A stretch of DNA of 64,000 nt, from the NCBI GenBank assembly GCA_964016885.1, contig OZ024747.1, positions 57,164,001 to 57,228,000 of the forward strand, given 5' to 3'. This stretch comes from Eledone cirrhosa. Its lineage: Eukaryota. Below, piece by piece: positions 25,764 to 39,527 of the stretch (within the stretch, counting starts at the first letter, position 1; each line of letters begins with the position of its first letter). The notes beneath the pieces are model-generated. The model did no database searches. It saw nothing but the letters and a program-made list of their open reading frames with translations, and was not told the origin of the DNA. A program made the position numbers and the translations under genes.

Positions 25764-27774
25764 ATCATCATCATCATCATCATCTTTTAACGTCCATTTT
25801 CCACGCTAGCATGGGTCTGGACGGGAATTGTCCCACTTGAGGCAAGATTGGTTGTCTTGCTCAGGACTGTCTGGCAGGTTTTCTACAGCTGGATGCTCTT
25901 CCTAACACCAACCACGTTTATAGTGTGGACTGGGAGGTTTTTACCGTGTTACCTACACGGCCACATTACAGCGTGGACTGTGTTTTTTATTGTCGTGACA
26001 CCTACACGTCTGGCGGGTTTTCTACGGCTGGGTGCTCTTCCCAACACCAACCACGTTTACAGTGTGTACTGGGAGGTTTTTACCGTGTTACCTACAAGGC
26101 CACGTTACAGCGTGGACTGTGTGTTTTTTTTGTCGTGACACCTACACGACCTCATTTGTTTCGGACTGGTACCAACATAACTTCACATTTAAGGGGTTGG
26201 TGTGGATGGGGTGGGGGTAGTGGGACGGTGGTGTATTTTGTTAGAGGTGCCTACTGACTGTAGGTTTCGCTTTGTACTTAGGCAAGGCGGGTCTTCTGTA
26301 TAACTGTGTAGCGCCAAAGATCTCGGTCCAGTGACATTGTCTTGGAGAGGTGTAAGTGTGTGAGGTCGGAATTTATCAAGTCGTCCCAGGTTTTTCTGGG
26401 TCTGCCTCCTCCGTGGCTACCGTCTATCTTTATCGCCCTGCACTTTTTTATACAGCTGTCGTCTTTCATGCGCATCACGTGACCATACCAACATAGTCTT
26501 CTCTCGAGTAAACAACATCTGATCCCTCTTATTCCTAATTTCTCCCTTAGTTCGTTTATGCTTTGCCGTTCACGTATATTACTATTACACATCCAGCAGA
26601 GCATGCAAGCTTCGTTTTTCTCCAGTCTGTGTATATCCTCTGCACACAATGCCCAGGTCTCACTGTCATGTAACATTGCTGTTCGTATGCATGCATCATA
26701 CCGCCTACCTTTCATTTTTAGAGAGAACCCTTTAGCGGCCGATAGTGGTATAAGCTCTCTGAACTTTTTCCATCCCGTTCTGACTCTAGCTACTGTACTT
26801 TCAGAGCACCCTCCCCCACTGCTGATTTTGTCACCCAGGTAACGTAAGCTGTCCACTATTTCTATAGAACCATCTGTGCAATGGAATGAGCTAGTATTCT
26901 GTGGGTACTTGCTGCTACTTATTGCACCAGAGCACCGGCCACATATAAAATCTATATTCTTAGTTAGCTTACCTGTGATCCCACTACATCTTTTATGCAC
27001 CCATACTTTGCATTTGGGACATAAAATGGAGTTTCTGCCTACTCCTTTCCTACACACTGAGCATGGCCATTTCCCAGATGGGACCGGTGCCCTATTTTCC
27101 TTCCTACAAACTAGAACTTTAGTCTTAGACAAGTTAACTTTAAGGCGTTTTGATTCTAGGCCATCCTTCCATGTTTGGAATTTCTTCTCTAGTTCCGCCA
27201 TTGATTCAGCTATGAGCGTTAGATAATCTGCATATAGGAGTTCCCATGGGCAGCCGGTCTTGAACTCTTCTGTGATAGCCTGAAGGGCAATAATAAATAG
27301 TAGGGGGCTAAGGACGGAGCCCTGATGAACACCAACTTTTACGCTAAACTCTTCACTATATTCGTTGTTAATTCTAACCTTGCTGACTGTTTCTTTATAC
27401 ATGGCTTGTATAGCTCTCACCAGCCATTCATCAACACCTAGTTTTCTAAGGGCCCACCAGATAATCGAGCAGGGTACTCTGTCAAAGGCTTTCTCCAAGT
27501 CAACAAAGGCTAAGTATAGGGGTTTACTTTTAGCTAGGTACTTCTCCTGTAGTTGTCGTACAATGAAGAGAGCGTCTGTTGTACTTTTACCTGTCACAAA
27601 CCCGAACTGCATTTTGTCTAGATCAATTCGCTCTCTGATTAGTTGCGCTATTACTTTTTCTGTGACCTTCATGACCTGGTCAATTAATTTAATGCCTCTA
27701 TAGTTTCCCCTATCTAGGGCATCACCTTTACCTTTGTAGCAGTTAATGAGGATGCTGCTGCGCCAGTCCTTTGG
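25764..27774 (-). mobile_element. 5'-truncated RTE LINE (PHD-bearing family), RT likely inactive
   Basis: ORF 26278-27672 is homologous to the 16155 copy and homology extends to 27774. The catalytic motif reads YADYL instead of YADD. The 3' UTR has a duplicated unit and a (CAT)n end on plus. Confidence 0.92.
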
Positions 27775-27962
27775 TGTGTGTGTATGTGTGTATATATATA
27801 TATATATATAATTCTATAAGTTGATAAAGCGACAGTATATATTCAGATATTTTTTTAAAGCTCAAATGTGGTTTATTTGCTATCCAAAATAACGAGAAAT
27901 ATTTCAGAGGTAAATCCAGTTTGTATACTTCCGGTCATCTTAGATTTAGATCACAGAGATTA

Positions 27963-28118
27963 TATTAACAAAAAAACAAGTCACCAAGTTCACCAGTTAA
28001 TACATTATTTATTTGATCTGCACGTGTTTAATTCCCTTCGGAGTAATATACAACACATGTAGATCAAATAAATAAAATATTAACTGGTGAACTTGTTGAC
28101 TTATTTTTTTGTTAGTGT
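27963..28118. repeat. Imperfect fold-back element
   Basis: AACAAAAAAACAAGTCACCAAGTTCACCAGTTAATA...TTTGATCT is inverse to AGATCAAAT...TATTAACTGGTGAACTTGTTGACTTATTTTTTTGTT. Confidence 0.7.
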
Positions 28119-28213
28119 ATATATATATATCATCATCATCATCATCATCATTTTACATCACATATATATATATATATAGTAAGAATATTTTCGAAACAGC
28201 GAGCGAGTTTGAA

Positions 28214-28307
28214 AAATTAGAAATATAAGCTATCGCCGTATTTTGACTATTGAAATAACTTAGTAATTTCTTTAGTCAAAATACGGCGATAGCTTATATT
28301 TCTAATT

Positions 28308-28308
<1 letters not shown>
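28214..28308. repeat. Fold-back element (about 36-bp perfect arms)
   Basis: AAATTAGAAATATAAGCTATCGCCGTATTTTGACTA ... TAGTCAAAATACGGCGATAGCTTATATTTCTAATTT. Confidence 0.85.
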
Positions 28309-28353
<45 letters not shown>

Positions 28354-28648
28354 ATGTATCTGAAGAAGATGGTCAATCGAACAGGAATTTTGAATCTAGA
28401 AATACTCGAAATAGGTAATAACCTAACCACTGCCACACTAGTTGATACATCTATCTACCACAATCAATCAACCCTCTGAAATTATCACAAAACAATGAAC
28501 TAATTAACTACCTGCCTCTGACTTCTGGCTTTTATTCATTGTTCTACATATATATATACATATATATATATATATAGAAGTTATATTTAATTTGTTGGGA
28601 TACAACAAGCAAATATTTTTATAGCTGATATATATTTTTGGAGTAAAA

Positions 28649-29014
28649 ATACAATATATTAACAAATGGAAACTATATTTATAAAACCATATTTATTTCA
28701 TTATACATATTTCAAGGACACCAAAGCAAATTATGGTGCGCTTTCATCAGATAAAATATAATATAGATCAGTTTTATAAACAAATATTGACATACCCTTA
28801 AAGAATGCGACCATGTCGGTTGGAAGCTCCCGGGAGCTTCCAACCGACATGGTCGCATTCTTTAAGGGTATGTCAATATTTGTTTATAAAACTGATCTAT
28901 ATTATATTTTATCTGATGAAAGCGCACCATAATTTGCTTTGGTGTCCTTGAAATATGTATAATGAAATAAATATGGTTTTATAAATATAGTTTCCATTTG
29001 TTAATATATTGTAT
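28649..29014. repeat. Spacer-less palindrome, about 183-bp arms, each with a hammerhead-like core
   Basis: Centre GCTCCC|GGGAGC at 28831/28832; arms appear identical by eye; CTGATGA..CACCA-loop-TGGTG..GAAA at 28913 (+) and its mirror image (-). Confidence 0.9.
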
Positions 29015-30641
29015 ATATATATATATATGATAGATATATCTGAATGAAAGGTTTTATGCAAGTTATATTGTAAAAGAGTCTCTGTGTCTAATCTGAATAT
29101 AATTTGGAATGATGAGTGTTCTGTGTTCTGGTAGTAAGAATATTTCCTGAATATAAGAATGTTTTGCAGTAATATTTTGTTGGTTGTTGAGATAGAGATG
29201 TTGTTGTAGTGTATTGTACATGTTGACTGGTGTAGGAAAAATGAACAGAATCAACAAAGAATTACTAGAAAACAACAAGGAAACCAAACTGCCAATTTTG
29301 ATAGTTGTGTTTATGCCATGGAATGTGACAAACCATGTAGTAAAATATAACACAACTGGAATACATTAAAAGGTTTGCTATAATAAAGTGTTTTATCAAC
29401 ACGTTGCTAAATATACCGTTTAAAAATAAGAGTAGATTGTTGTGATGTGTTGGAATTCATGAGTGAATGTGAAAATGAGGAGATGTTGATTGTGATAAGA
29501 TATCTGCTTGATGCATGACATATTTACTTACCTGCGTACCATGACCTGGCTGTAGGTGTGTCTTAATGAAATGAATAGTGACTGCTTGTTGACTGTCAAC
29601 TGTGTCAGAGACCAGCAGAATGAGAGGAAAAGTGTTTTGGCTTTGGTCTGCATTTTATATCTGCAGATTTACCCTTGTTAATTCCACTACAAATATTTTG
29701 AGTAAAGATAAAATAATATATTTCCATAAAATAGATTTTAAAACTTTTAATATTGTATTGCAGAATTTGATTTATTTTTAGACCTAAAATGTTTATATTT
29801 AAATTCATTCTGTGCAGATCTGTAATGTTTAGATTAAAGATAATAATTATAGTTCCTGTTGTGGTTGTTTTTGTCTGAAAAATCAAGCATTTTTCTGGAT
29901 AATTTCACAACATTGTTTGTTGAAGATTTCCTGAGTATTTTGAAGATTTTATAAGACTCATGTGTTTGCAAGGAATTTAGAGCCGGGTTAATTCAGAATT
30001 TTAGCTTCAGTCATTCACTAACAGCATTTGAACATAGAAAAAATGTTTGTGTACATCAAGAATTTACCATTCGACTGAAGTTATTTGTATGACAATCTTG
30101 TCTTCTATTCTGACATAATATATTCCCTATTTGCTTATTCTGTATATTTAACCAGTTTTTTAGATGGTAAATTAATAGTTGCAAAAAATCTTGATGCAAA
30201 TTTTGGCTGATTTAGTAAGCATGTACATACATCCTTATTAGCTTGAATATGAAAGAGCATTGAATGAGGAGAATATGTCAAAGAGTTATAGATTGATTTA
30301 ATGGAAACTAAAGATGTTTGAAATATAATCTGTTGTCATTAAGGAAAGATTCTTCTGAAAAATGTCCAGACATTTTGTTACTCCAAGGCAAGTGGCAGAA
30401 ATTCATAAATAATTTCTAATTTAGGTGAGAGAGATGGAGGTGATGACGGTGACAGTTTGGCACCTCTGTATTTGGACCTGGTGTATGTATATATGTGTGT
30501 ATGTTTACTTCTATTCATTCAATATGATTGTACTGGATCTTTTTTTATTTAGTCTCAAGACCAGCAATTTGTGGGCAGGAGAAAGTCGATTATATCGACT
30601 CCAGTACTTAACTGGTACATTCTTTTATCAAACGTGTTAGG

Positions 30642-30808
30642 CAGAGGTTCCCAAAATAGGTTCCGCAAAGGAGTGACTAGGGTTCCATGAAAAGAAGTAG
30701 AGGAGTACATTTATATTATGACCATATAACAATATTAGACTTTGGGGTTCCCACAAAAGTTTCGGAACCAAAAAGGATTCTGCATTTGAAAAAGTTTGGG
30801 AAACCCTG
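30642..30808. mobile_element. hAT/Charlie-type MITE inserted into a minus-strand family-2 SINE
   Basis: Termini CAGAGGTTCCCAAA / TTTGGGAAACCCTG; degenerate 8-bp TSD GTGTTAGG / CTGTAAGG; SINE halves on both sides. Confidence 0.7.
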
Positions 30809-31285
30809 CTGTAAGGATGAAAGGTAAAGGTGTCCTTGGCCGTACTTAAATCAGAACATAAAGGGCTGTAACTATATGCCACAAATTACGCTGTCTGACA
30901 AATTACGTTGCTGCCCTTATAATAATAAATGTTAGATATTATGAGCTATAAAGAGAAACCTGATTTCATAATCGTTCACTTGGTAATGTCCAGCCCAGCC
31001 TTTTTACTGCTAGCAGCTATTTTGACCATGTGAATTAACACAAACAGTATTTGGGGGAAATACAATCTCTAATCATCATTCACCAAATAGTTTCACAACA
31101 ATTAGCAATATAATCCATATGAGAAAAACTGTTTAGAAATAGACGAAATATTAAAATATTCATATTTAAATATAAATGCTCTGTCATGTATTGAGTGCTT
31201 ATTTCTTTCATTTGCGCACATAAATATATATATATATATATATATCATGAAAGAAGGAAGAATAACAAGGATAAGCTATCCAGTC

Positions 31286-31335
<50 letters not shown>

Positions 31336-31502
31336 ATGTATATATACACACAGAAAATAATCACAAATCTCATATCTATGTATCTTTTAATATTATAATA
31401 GCTATGCTGTCAAAAGTGTATGATCCCATCACAAACAGATTTGATCTATGACTATATGTTCTTATTCCCTATTATTAAACAAAACCAGACTTTCCCTTCT
31501 GC

Positions 31503-31592
<90 letters not shown>

Positions 31593-31599
31593 AATATAA

Positions 31600-31644
<45 letters not shown>

Positions 31645-32212
31645 TTTCTAATTGCACCCTTTCACCTTCAATGTTTTCATTGATATGACTCCGTTCTATC
31701 CTTAAATGCTTTATTGATTATGTTATATATATTCATTCGATCTTATTACATTTTTTTCTTTTTCTTTATTCCCTATAATTTTCAAAAATGGTATTGCAAT
31801 TCTCCTTCCCACACAAAGACACGCCATTCCTGGGCCTACATTTTCAGATTAAAAAAATTATGTTTCTTCTATTTGTATATCTACGATGTTTTGGGGTGGG
31901 TGGGTGTTTCTGGTGTTTTTGTCTGGTTTTTATATTGTTATTGTTTGTGTCTTTTTTAGTTGTTTCGGTTTTATGCTATGTTTTATTTTGTTTATTTTTT
32001 TCATTTCATGAAAGTGAAAAATGTAAAATGGCCACAAAAGTTCATGTCTTTCATTTTGCAATTATCTTTCTATGTTCCTATGAATGTATTTATTCATTTC
32101 TCTGTTTATGTACATATATATAAAGCATGTATATGTATAGTTATATACCATATATATATATATAGCATATATATATATATATATAGCATATATATATATA
32201 TATATATAGCAA

Positions 32213-32245
<33 letters not shown>

Positions 32246-32309
32246 CCATATATATATATATATAGCATATATATATATATATATACCATATATATATATA
32301 TAGCATATA

Positions 32310-32393
<84 letters not shown>

Positions 32394-32394
32394 C

Positions 32395-32427
<33 letters not shown>

Positions 32428-32472
32428 GCATATATATATATATATAGCATATATATATATATATATATAGCA

Positions 32473-32504
<32 letters not shown>

Positions 32505-32631
32505 GCATATATATATATATAGCATATATGTATATATATATATATATATAGCATATATATATATATATGTATATAGCATATATGTATATATATATATATA
32601 TATATGTAGCATATATGTATATATATATATA

Positions 32632-32669
<38 letters not shown>

Positions 32670-32674
32670 TATAT

Positions 32675-33020
32675 GGAGGCACATGGCTTAGTGGTTAGAG
32701 CATTGGCCTTGCAATCGAAAGATTGTGAGTTCAATTCTCAGACTGGGTGATGTGTTGTTTCCTTGAGCAAGACACTTTATTTCACATTGCTCCAGTTTAC
32801 TCAGCTGTAGAAATGAGATGATAGGGACTGGAGTCCCTATCATTCCACTGTAAAGTGGTCGTGGAGGTGCCACGGCAAAAAAGCAGCCAGCACTCACTGT
32901 AAATGAGGTTGGTGTTAGGAAGGGCATCCAGCTGTAGAAATCAAGCCAGAATCAGTTCCTGTCCCACCCTTGCAAGCAGGGAAAAGTGGACGTTAAATGA
33001 AATGATGAGATGAATGATGA
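32675..33020 (+). mobile_element. SINE family 1
   Basis: Matches 9971-10319. Confidence 0.9.
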
Positions 33021-33072
33021 TATATATATATATATATATATATATAGCACATATATATATATATATATATAG

Positions 33073-33123
<51 letters not shown>

Positions 33124-33443
33124 CATATATATATATATATATATAGCATATATATATATATAGCATATATGTATATATATATATATAGCATATACGTATA
33201 TATATATATAGCATATACGTATATATATATATAGCATATATATATATATATATATATATATAGCATATATATATATAGCATATATATATATATATATATA
33301 TAGCATATATATATATATATATATATATAGTATATATATAGTATATATATATAGCATATAAATATATATAGCATATATATATATATATATAGCATATATA
33401 TATATATAGCATATATATATATATATATAGCATATATATATAT

Positions 33444-33778
33444 ATCATCATTTCATTTTACGTCCACTTTTCCCTGCTTGCAAGGGTGGGACGGGAACTG
33501 ATTCTGGCTTGATTTCTACAGCTGGATGCCCTTCCTAACACCAACCTCATTTACAGTGAGTGCTGGGTGCTTTTTTGCCGTGGCACCTCCACGACCACTT
33601 TGCAGTGGAATGATATGGACCCCAGTCCCTATCATCTCATTTCTACAGCTGAGTAAACTGGAGCAATGTGAAATAAAGTGTCTTGCTCAAGGAAACAACA
33701 CATCACCCGGTCTGAGAATTGAACTCACAACCTTTCGATTGCAAGGCCAATGCTCTAACCACTAAGCCATGTGCCCCC
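33444..33778 (-). mobile_element. SINE family 1
   Basis: Reverse-complement copy, tail-to-tail with 32675-33020. Confidence 0.9.
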
Positions 33779-33872
33779 ATATATATATATATAGCATATA
33801 TATATATATATATATAGCATATATATATATATATATATACTATATATATATATACTATATATATATATGTGC

Positions 33873-33903
<31 letters not shown>

Positions 33904-33975
33904 TATATATATATATATGCTATATATATATGCTATATATATATATATGCTATATATATATATGTACTATATATA

Positions 33976-34026
<51 letters not shown>

Positions 34027-34281
34027 TGCTATATATATATATATGCTATATATATATAGCATATATAGCATATATATATATAGAGCATATATATATATAG
34101 CATATATATGTATATATATATATAGTATATATATAGCATATTTATATAGCATTTATATATATATATAGTATATATATATATAGCCTATATAGTATATACA
34201 TATATATATATATATGGTAAGTAAGTATGTTTATATATATATATATAAATATATAGTATATATATATAAATAAATATATAG

Positions 34282-34313
<32 letters not shown>

Positions 34314-34371
34314 TATAGCATATATATATATTTATATAAATATATAGCATATATATATATATAAATATATA

Positions 34372-34413
<42 letters not shown>

Positions 34414-34421
34414 TATATATA

Positions 34422-34455
<34 letters not shown>

Positions 34456-34667
34456 CATATATATAGCATATATATATATATATAGCATATATATATATAT
34501 ATATCTATATAGTATATATATAGCATATATATATATATATATATATACCATATATATATATATATATACTATAAATATATATATATATACCATGTATATA
34601 TATATATATATATATATAGCATATATATATATATATATATATAGCATATATATATAGCATATATATA

Positions 34668-34707
<40 letters not shown>

Positions 34708-34870
34708 CATATATATAGCATATATATATATATATATAGCATATATATATCTATATCTATATAGTATATATATAGCATATATATATATATATATACCATA
34801 TATATATATATACTATAAATATATATATATATACCATGTATATATATCTATAAATATATATATATATACC

Positions 34871-34967
<97 letters not shown>

Positions 34968-35402
34968 CATATATATATATAGCATATATATATATATATA
35001 TATCACATACAGATATGTATGTATCTAACCCATGCTAGCACGGGAAATGGAGGTTAAATGATGATTAGGTTGATGGCAATGATGACACACGTGTGTGTGT
35101 GTTTATATATGTATATACATAAATATATATGTATATGTATGAACAAGTGTATGAACATATGTATATATATGCACCAGTGTGTATGTATGCATGTATATAT
35201 ACATATATGTGTATGTATAAGAACTGCAACAAGTGGTGTGACGCTATGCTGGAGAAGACCAATTTACTCTACACAATCATGAAAAAAAGTATGTGAAATA
35301 ATGATTTTGATGATGATAATGATTATATAAATATTTATATACACGTATCTGCATACATACATCTGTGACTGTGTATGTATGTATATATGTAAGTGCGTGC
35401 GC

Positions 35403-35454
<52 letters not shown>

Positions 35455-36854
35455 ATATGTGAAGGTTTGTGGTAAGAGTGATGGTCTCATAATATGATTT
35501 TGAGTTCAGTTCTTTGACAGAACAGCCTGGTGTTTTTTTCAGCAAGTCACTATATTTCATATTACTCTAGATTACCCAGTGGGGCAAAATGAGTGTTAAC
35601 AACACTGGTACCAAGCTGTATCAGGATTTGCCTTACTCTTGGATAACATCAACATTATAGAGAGACGGGAGACTGGTACGCATGAGACTGCTGGTCTCCC
35701 ACAAAATACTTAGCTTAGGTTTGCACCTCGGTGAAAGACCTCTGTGGCACAAACCCATATCTAATCATGATCATGGCAGATTTCTAAAGAATATACATTT
35801 TATGTGTGTCCGGGTGTATATCATGACTCATACCCTATTCACTTTCCTGACATTTATTCATTATTCTATGTAATATACCTTTGATGAATTGTAGTGCCCT
35901 CAAGCACTGTATGCAATAATTTTCATTATATTATATACATAAACTTGATTTTCTAAAGCAATCATTATTTATAGTGATTCTGTGTTTGGATTCCAATATT
36001 TCAAATTTCAAATTGTCTAAATGCTTTGATAAATATTAAGACTTGTTTACCTCAAACTCTAGCCCCAAAACATTTTGAACAGCTCCAAATTTGGACAGAA
36101 ACTTTTGTCTGCTGCTAGTTACCATAGTGATAACACACATGGCTTGAATTCAAGAGACGTGGAGTTCAATTCTCTATAGTGCCTGCTGGCCACGTTTTTC
36201 TCCCCATAAGTGTATTTCACTCAATTTTCTGAAGCTATGATCATTTATATTAATTCTTTGTTTGGATTCCAATGTTCATTATATATATATATATGTATAT
36301 ATATTATCATTTAACGTCCACCTCTATATTGGGTTTTGGTTACTATCCTTTACTTTAGCAAGAACAGAAGCAACCCAAACGAATGTAATAAAAAATCAGC
36401 ATGCAGAAGTTTTAATGAAAAAAATATTTAACCTAATAACAAAGTTATTTTGAAGAGCCAAAACGGGAAAAGCAAGCTTTGCTAACATCATTTTCTATAC
36501 ATGTTATAAAGATCCTAGTTATATATACCAGGTGCACTTTTCAACCCCCTTTATTTATCATTTTCCTTTATATATATATATATGAAAAGTAAACAGAAAA
36601 AACAAAGCAGATGATGAAGTACAATGGAGATATATATTATTTCTACACTTAATATAGTAAGAAAAGTCTTAATGTTTCAGACAGTAGTGCTGCAGTGGAA
36701 AACAGAATGATAAAGTAAAGAAGAAACAGAGAGATGGGGAAACATTTGTGAATGAAAAGCGAGTCATGGGATATTGGTATATGCAAAAGCAATGAATGGT
36801 CCAGTGGTTCAAAGGAGATACACATATACATACCTATATATGTATATATATATA

Positions 36855-37123
36855 TCATCATCATCATTTCATTTTACGTCCGCTTTTCCCTGCTTGCAAG
36901 GGTGGGACGGGAACTGATTCTGGCTTGATTTCTACAGCTGGATGCCCTTCCTAACACCAACCTCATTTACAGTGAGTGCTGGGTGCTTTTTTTGCCGTGA
37001 CACCTCCACGACCACTTTGCAGTGGAATGATATGGACCTCAGTCCCTATCATCTCATTTCTACAGCTGAGTAAACTGGAGCAATGTGAAATAAAGTGTCT
37101 TGCTCAAGGAAACAACACATCAC
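36855..37123 (-). mobile_element. SINE family 1, tRNA head missing
   Basis: Tail and core match; stops at AACAACACATCAC. Confidence 0.85.
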
Positions 37124-37137
37124 ATATATATACATAT

Positions 37138-37700
37138 ATATTGTTATACTTGGGGAGGGTCATATTTGTGTAATAATATTGCCAGAATTAATAACAGAAC
37201 ACACTCACTGTTTGGTTGGTTTTCGCTTTTGCGTCTTTTATATCGGTTAATTTAATTTATTCGGTCCTCAATGTTACCATTGATTGACCAACAGTCAAAA
37301 ATACAGATATAATATAGACACAAATACATATATATATATTCTAACAAAGTTCTTTCGTTGCACATCTGCAACATCGTCAGTGGTGCTATTGTTTCCTCCC
37401 ATTGTATTGTATGCTTACACCATTTTTATTTAGTCTGTTTATTTATTTATTTATTTGTTTTTTTTTGTCTTCTCTGCACATGTGTTTGCATGTGTGTATA
37501 GTGTTTTGTTTGATGTGTGTCCGTGTTTGGGTGACTGTGTATTGGTTATTGTATTGTATCTTAGTTTACTAGTGTGTGTTTATAATATGTGTTTGTTGTT
37601 ATTGTGCTTGTGTATGTATTTATTTATTTATTTATTTATACTTCTCTTAGCTCGGTGTTGTTTGTTTGGGTGTTGTTGTTATTCCATTCATTTTTTCTGT

Positions 37701-37732
<32 letters not shown>

Positions 37733-38077
37733 ACAGACTAAATAAAGATGGCGTAAGTATACAATACAACGGGAGGAAACAATAGCACCACCGACGATGT
37801 TGCAGATGTGCAACGAAAGAACTTTGTTAGACTATATATATATGTGTTTGTGTCTATATTGTATCTGTATTTTTGACCGTTGGTCAGTCAATGGTAACAT
37901 TGAGGACCGAATAAATTAAATTAACCGATATAAAAGACACAGAAGCGAAAACCAACGAAACAGTGAGTTTGTTCTGTTATTAATTCTGGCAATATTATTA
38001 CACAAATATGACCCTCCCCAAATATAACAATATTTGTTTCAACACACAATTTCATATCAAAACCTCACAAAACTAAT
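37138..38077. mobile_element. Fold-back element, ~320-bp inverted arms, hammerhead-like motif in the arms
   Basis: Arms ~37138-37456 and ~37703-38033. Minus 37341-37385 reads CACCA-CTGACGA-T-GTTGCA-GATG-TGCAAC-GAAAG. Same family as 62268-62626. Confidence 0.8.
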
Positions 38078-38086
38078 TCATCATCG

Positions 38087-38124
<38 letters not shown>

Positions 38125-38561
38125 GTAGTACAATTGTTCTCGGTATGGTGAACTAAGTGTTGTGTAAACACTTCTATATATATATATCAAATTTTTTAAA
38201 ACTTTTTCTCTATTTGCTAGACCTGGATTTTATATTTTCTGGCTTGTTAATTTATTAACCCGCCATAGAACCACATTAGCACACGGTTGGATAATACTTG
38301 TATCCCTATATGTATTTTTTACACGTAGGAATTCATAATTTATTATTATTGATCTCCCCTAAGGTAGAGATAAAAGTTGGCTATTTGGACTGCTGATATT
38401 TCTAGTGGCAGGACATTCACCTGTCCACCCTGCCTTTTGTCTTTGCACACGGCACCAGACAGAATTATTTCTTCTATCATCCACTCTCATCTGGCAATCG
38501 TTTTGTATGGCGTCAGTTTGTGATTTGAACTCGGGAATTTTATATTCTCCGAGTGAGAAGA

Positions 38562-38643
38562 GCCTTCTGAAGATGGTTCCCTTCTCAATGGAAATCCGCT
38601 TGGATTATCCGTTTATTCTGGAACTTGAAACCGCAGTAAAGGC
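38562..38643 (+). ncRNA. Type-I hammerhead ribozyme motif
   Basis: GCCTT-CTGAAGA-TGGTTCC-(large loop)-GGAACTT-GAAAC-CGCA-GTA-AAGGC: stem I 5/5, full core, GUA triplet; 10.1-11.1 position is U.U. Confidence 0.65.
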
Positions 38644-39360
38644 ACATATAGTAAGTACAGCAAATTTTTTAAAATTTTTCTCTATTTGCTAGACCTTGAT
38701 TTTATATATATATATTGTTACTCTAAAAACATAAATAAATATAAATAAAAATTTTTCTCTATTTGCTAGACCTTGATTTTATATATATATATTGTTACTC
38801 TAAAAACATAAATAAATATAAATAAAAATAAAAATTAACTATAGCTTTGTAGAATTAGCTTTTAATGAATTCCCTTTTCTATCAACCAATGACCTGCACC
38901 CATCCCACTCCCCACCCTCTCCTACCACTTGTAGAGACCTATAAATACCATATTTATTTTTTGATACCCAGATTCCTGATGATTTCTAATGAATGAAACA
39001 GTTCTAGTCCTGTAGAATCTCATCTATATTAAAACTATATATATATATATATATATATAGAAGTGTTTACACAACAGTTAGTTCACCATACCAAGAACAA
39101 TAGTACTACCAATATATATGTATATATATATATACATATATAGGTATGTATATGTGTATCTCCTTTGAACCACTGGACCATTCATTGCTTTTGCAATATC
39201 CCATGACTCGCTTTTCTTTCACAAAATTTTCTCCATCTCTCTGTTTCTTCTTTACTTTATCATTCTGTTTTCCACTGCAGGACTAATGTCTGAAATAGTA
39301 AGACTTTTCTTACTATATTAAGTGTAGAAATAATATATATCTTCATTGTACTTCATCATC

Positions 39361-39527
39361 TGCCATTAGGGATTTCAGTCAATCATATCAACCACACTAC
39401 TAATTTTTTTCAGGCTTTACATTATCATTTATATTCATATATATATATATGAATATAAATGATAATGTAAAACCTGAAAAAAAATTAGTACTGTGGTTGA
39501 TATAATTGACTGAAATCCCTAATGGCA
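39361..39527. repeat. Palindrome centred on a (TA)n tract
   Basis: TGCCATTAGGGATTTCAGTCAAT...TTATATTCATATATA|TATATGAATATAA...ATTGACTGAAATCCCTAATGGCA. Confidence 0.85.

Larger units (their letters stand above)
32140..35003. repeat. Large (TA)n array punctuated by TAGCA/TACCA units
   Basis: Seen directly; interrupted by two SINEs; unit orientation flips to TGCTA at ~33870-34050. Confidence 0.9.
36607..39363. repeat. Long-range inverted repeat (arms ~36607-36850 and ~39125-39363) enclosing nested elements
   Basis: GCAGATGATGAAGTACAATG...GGAGATACACATATACATACCTATA is inverse to TATAGGTATGTATATGTGTATCTCC...CATTGTACTTCATCATCTGC with few mismatches. Confidence 0.85.
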
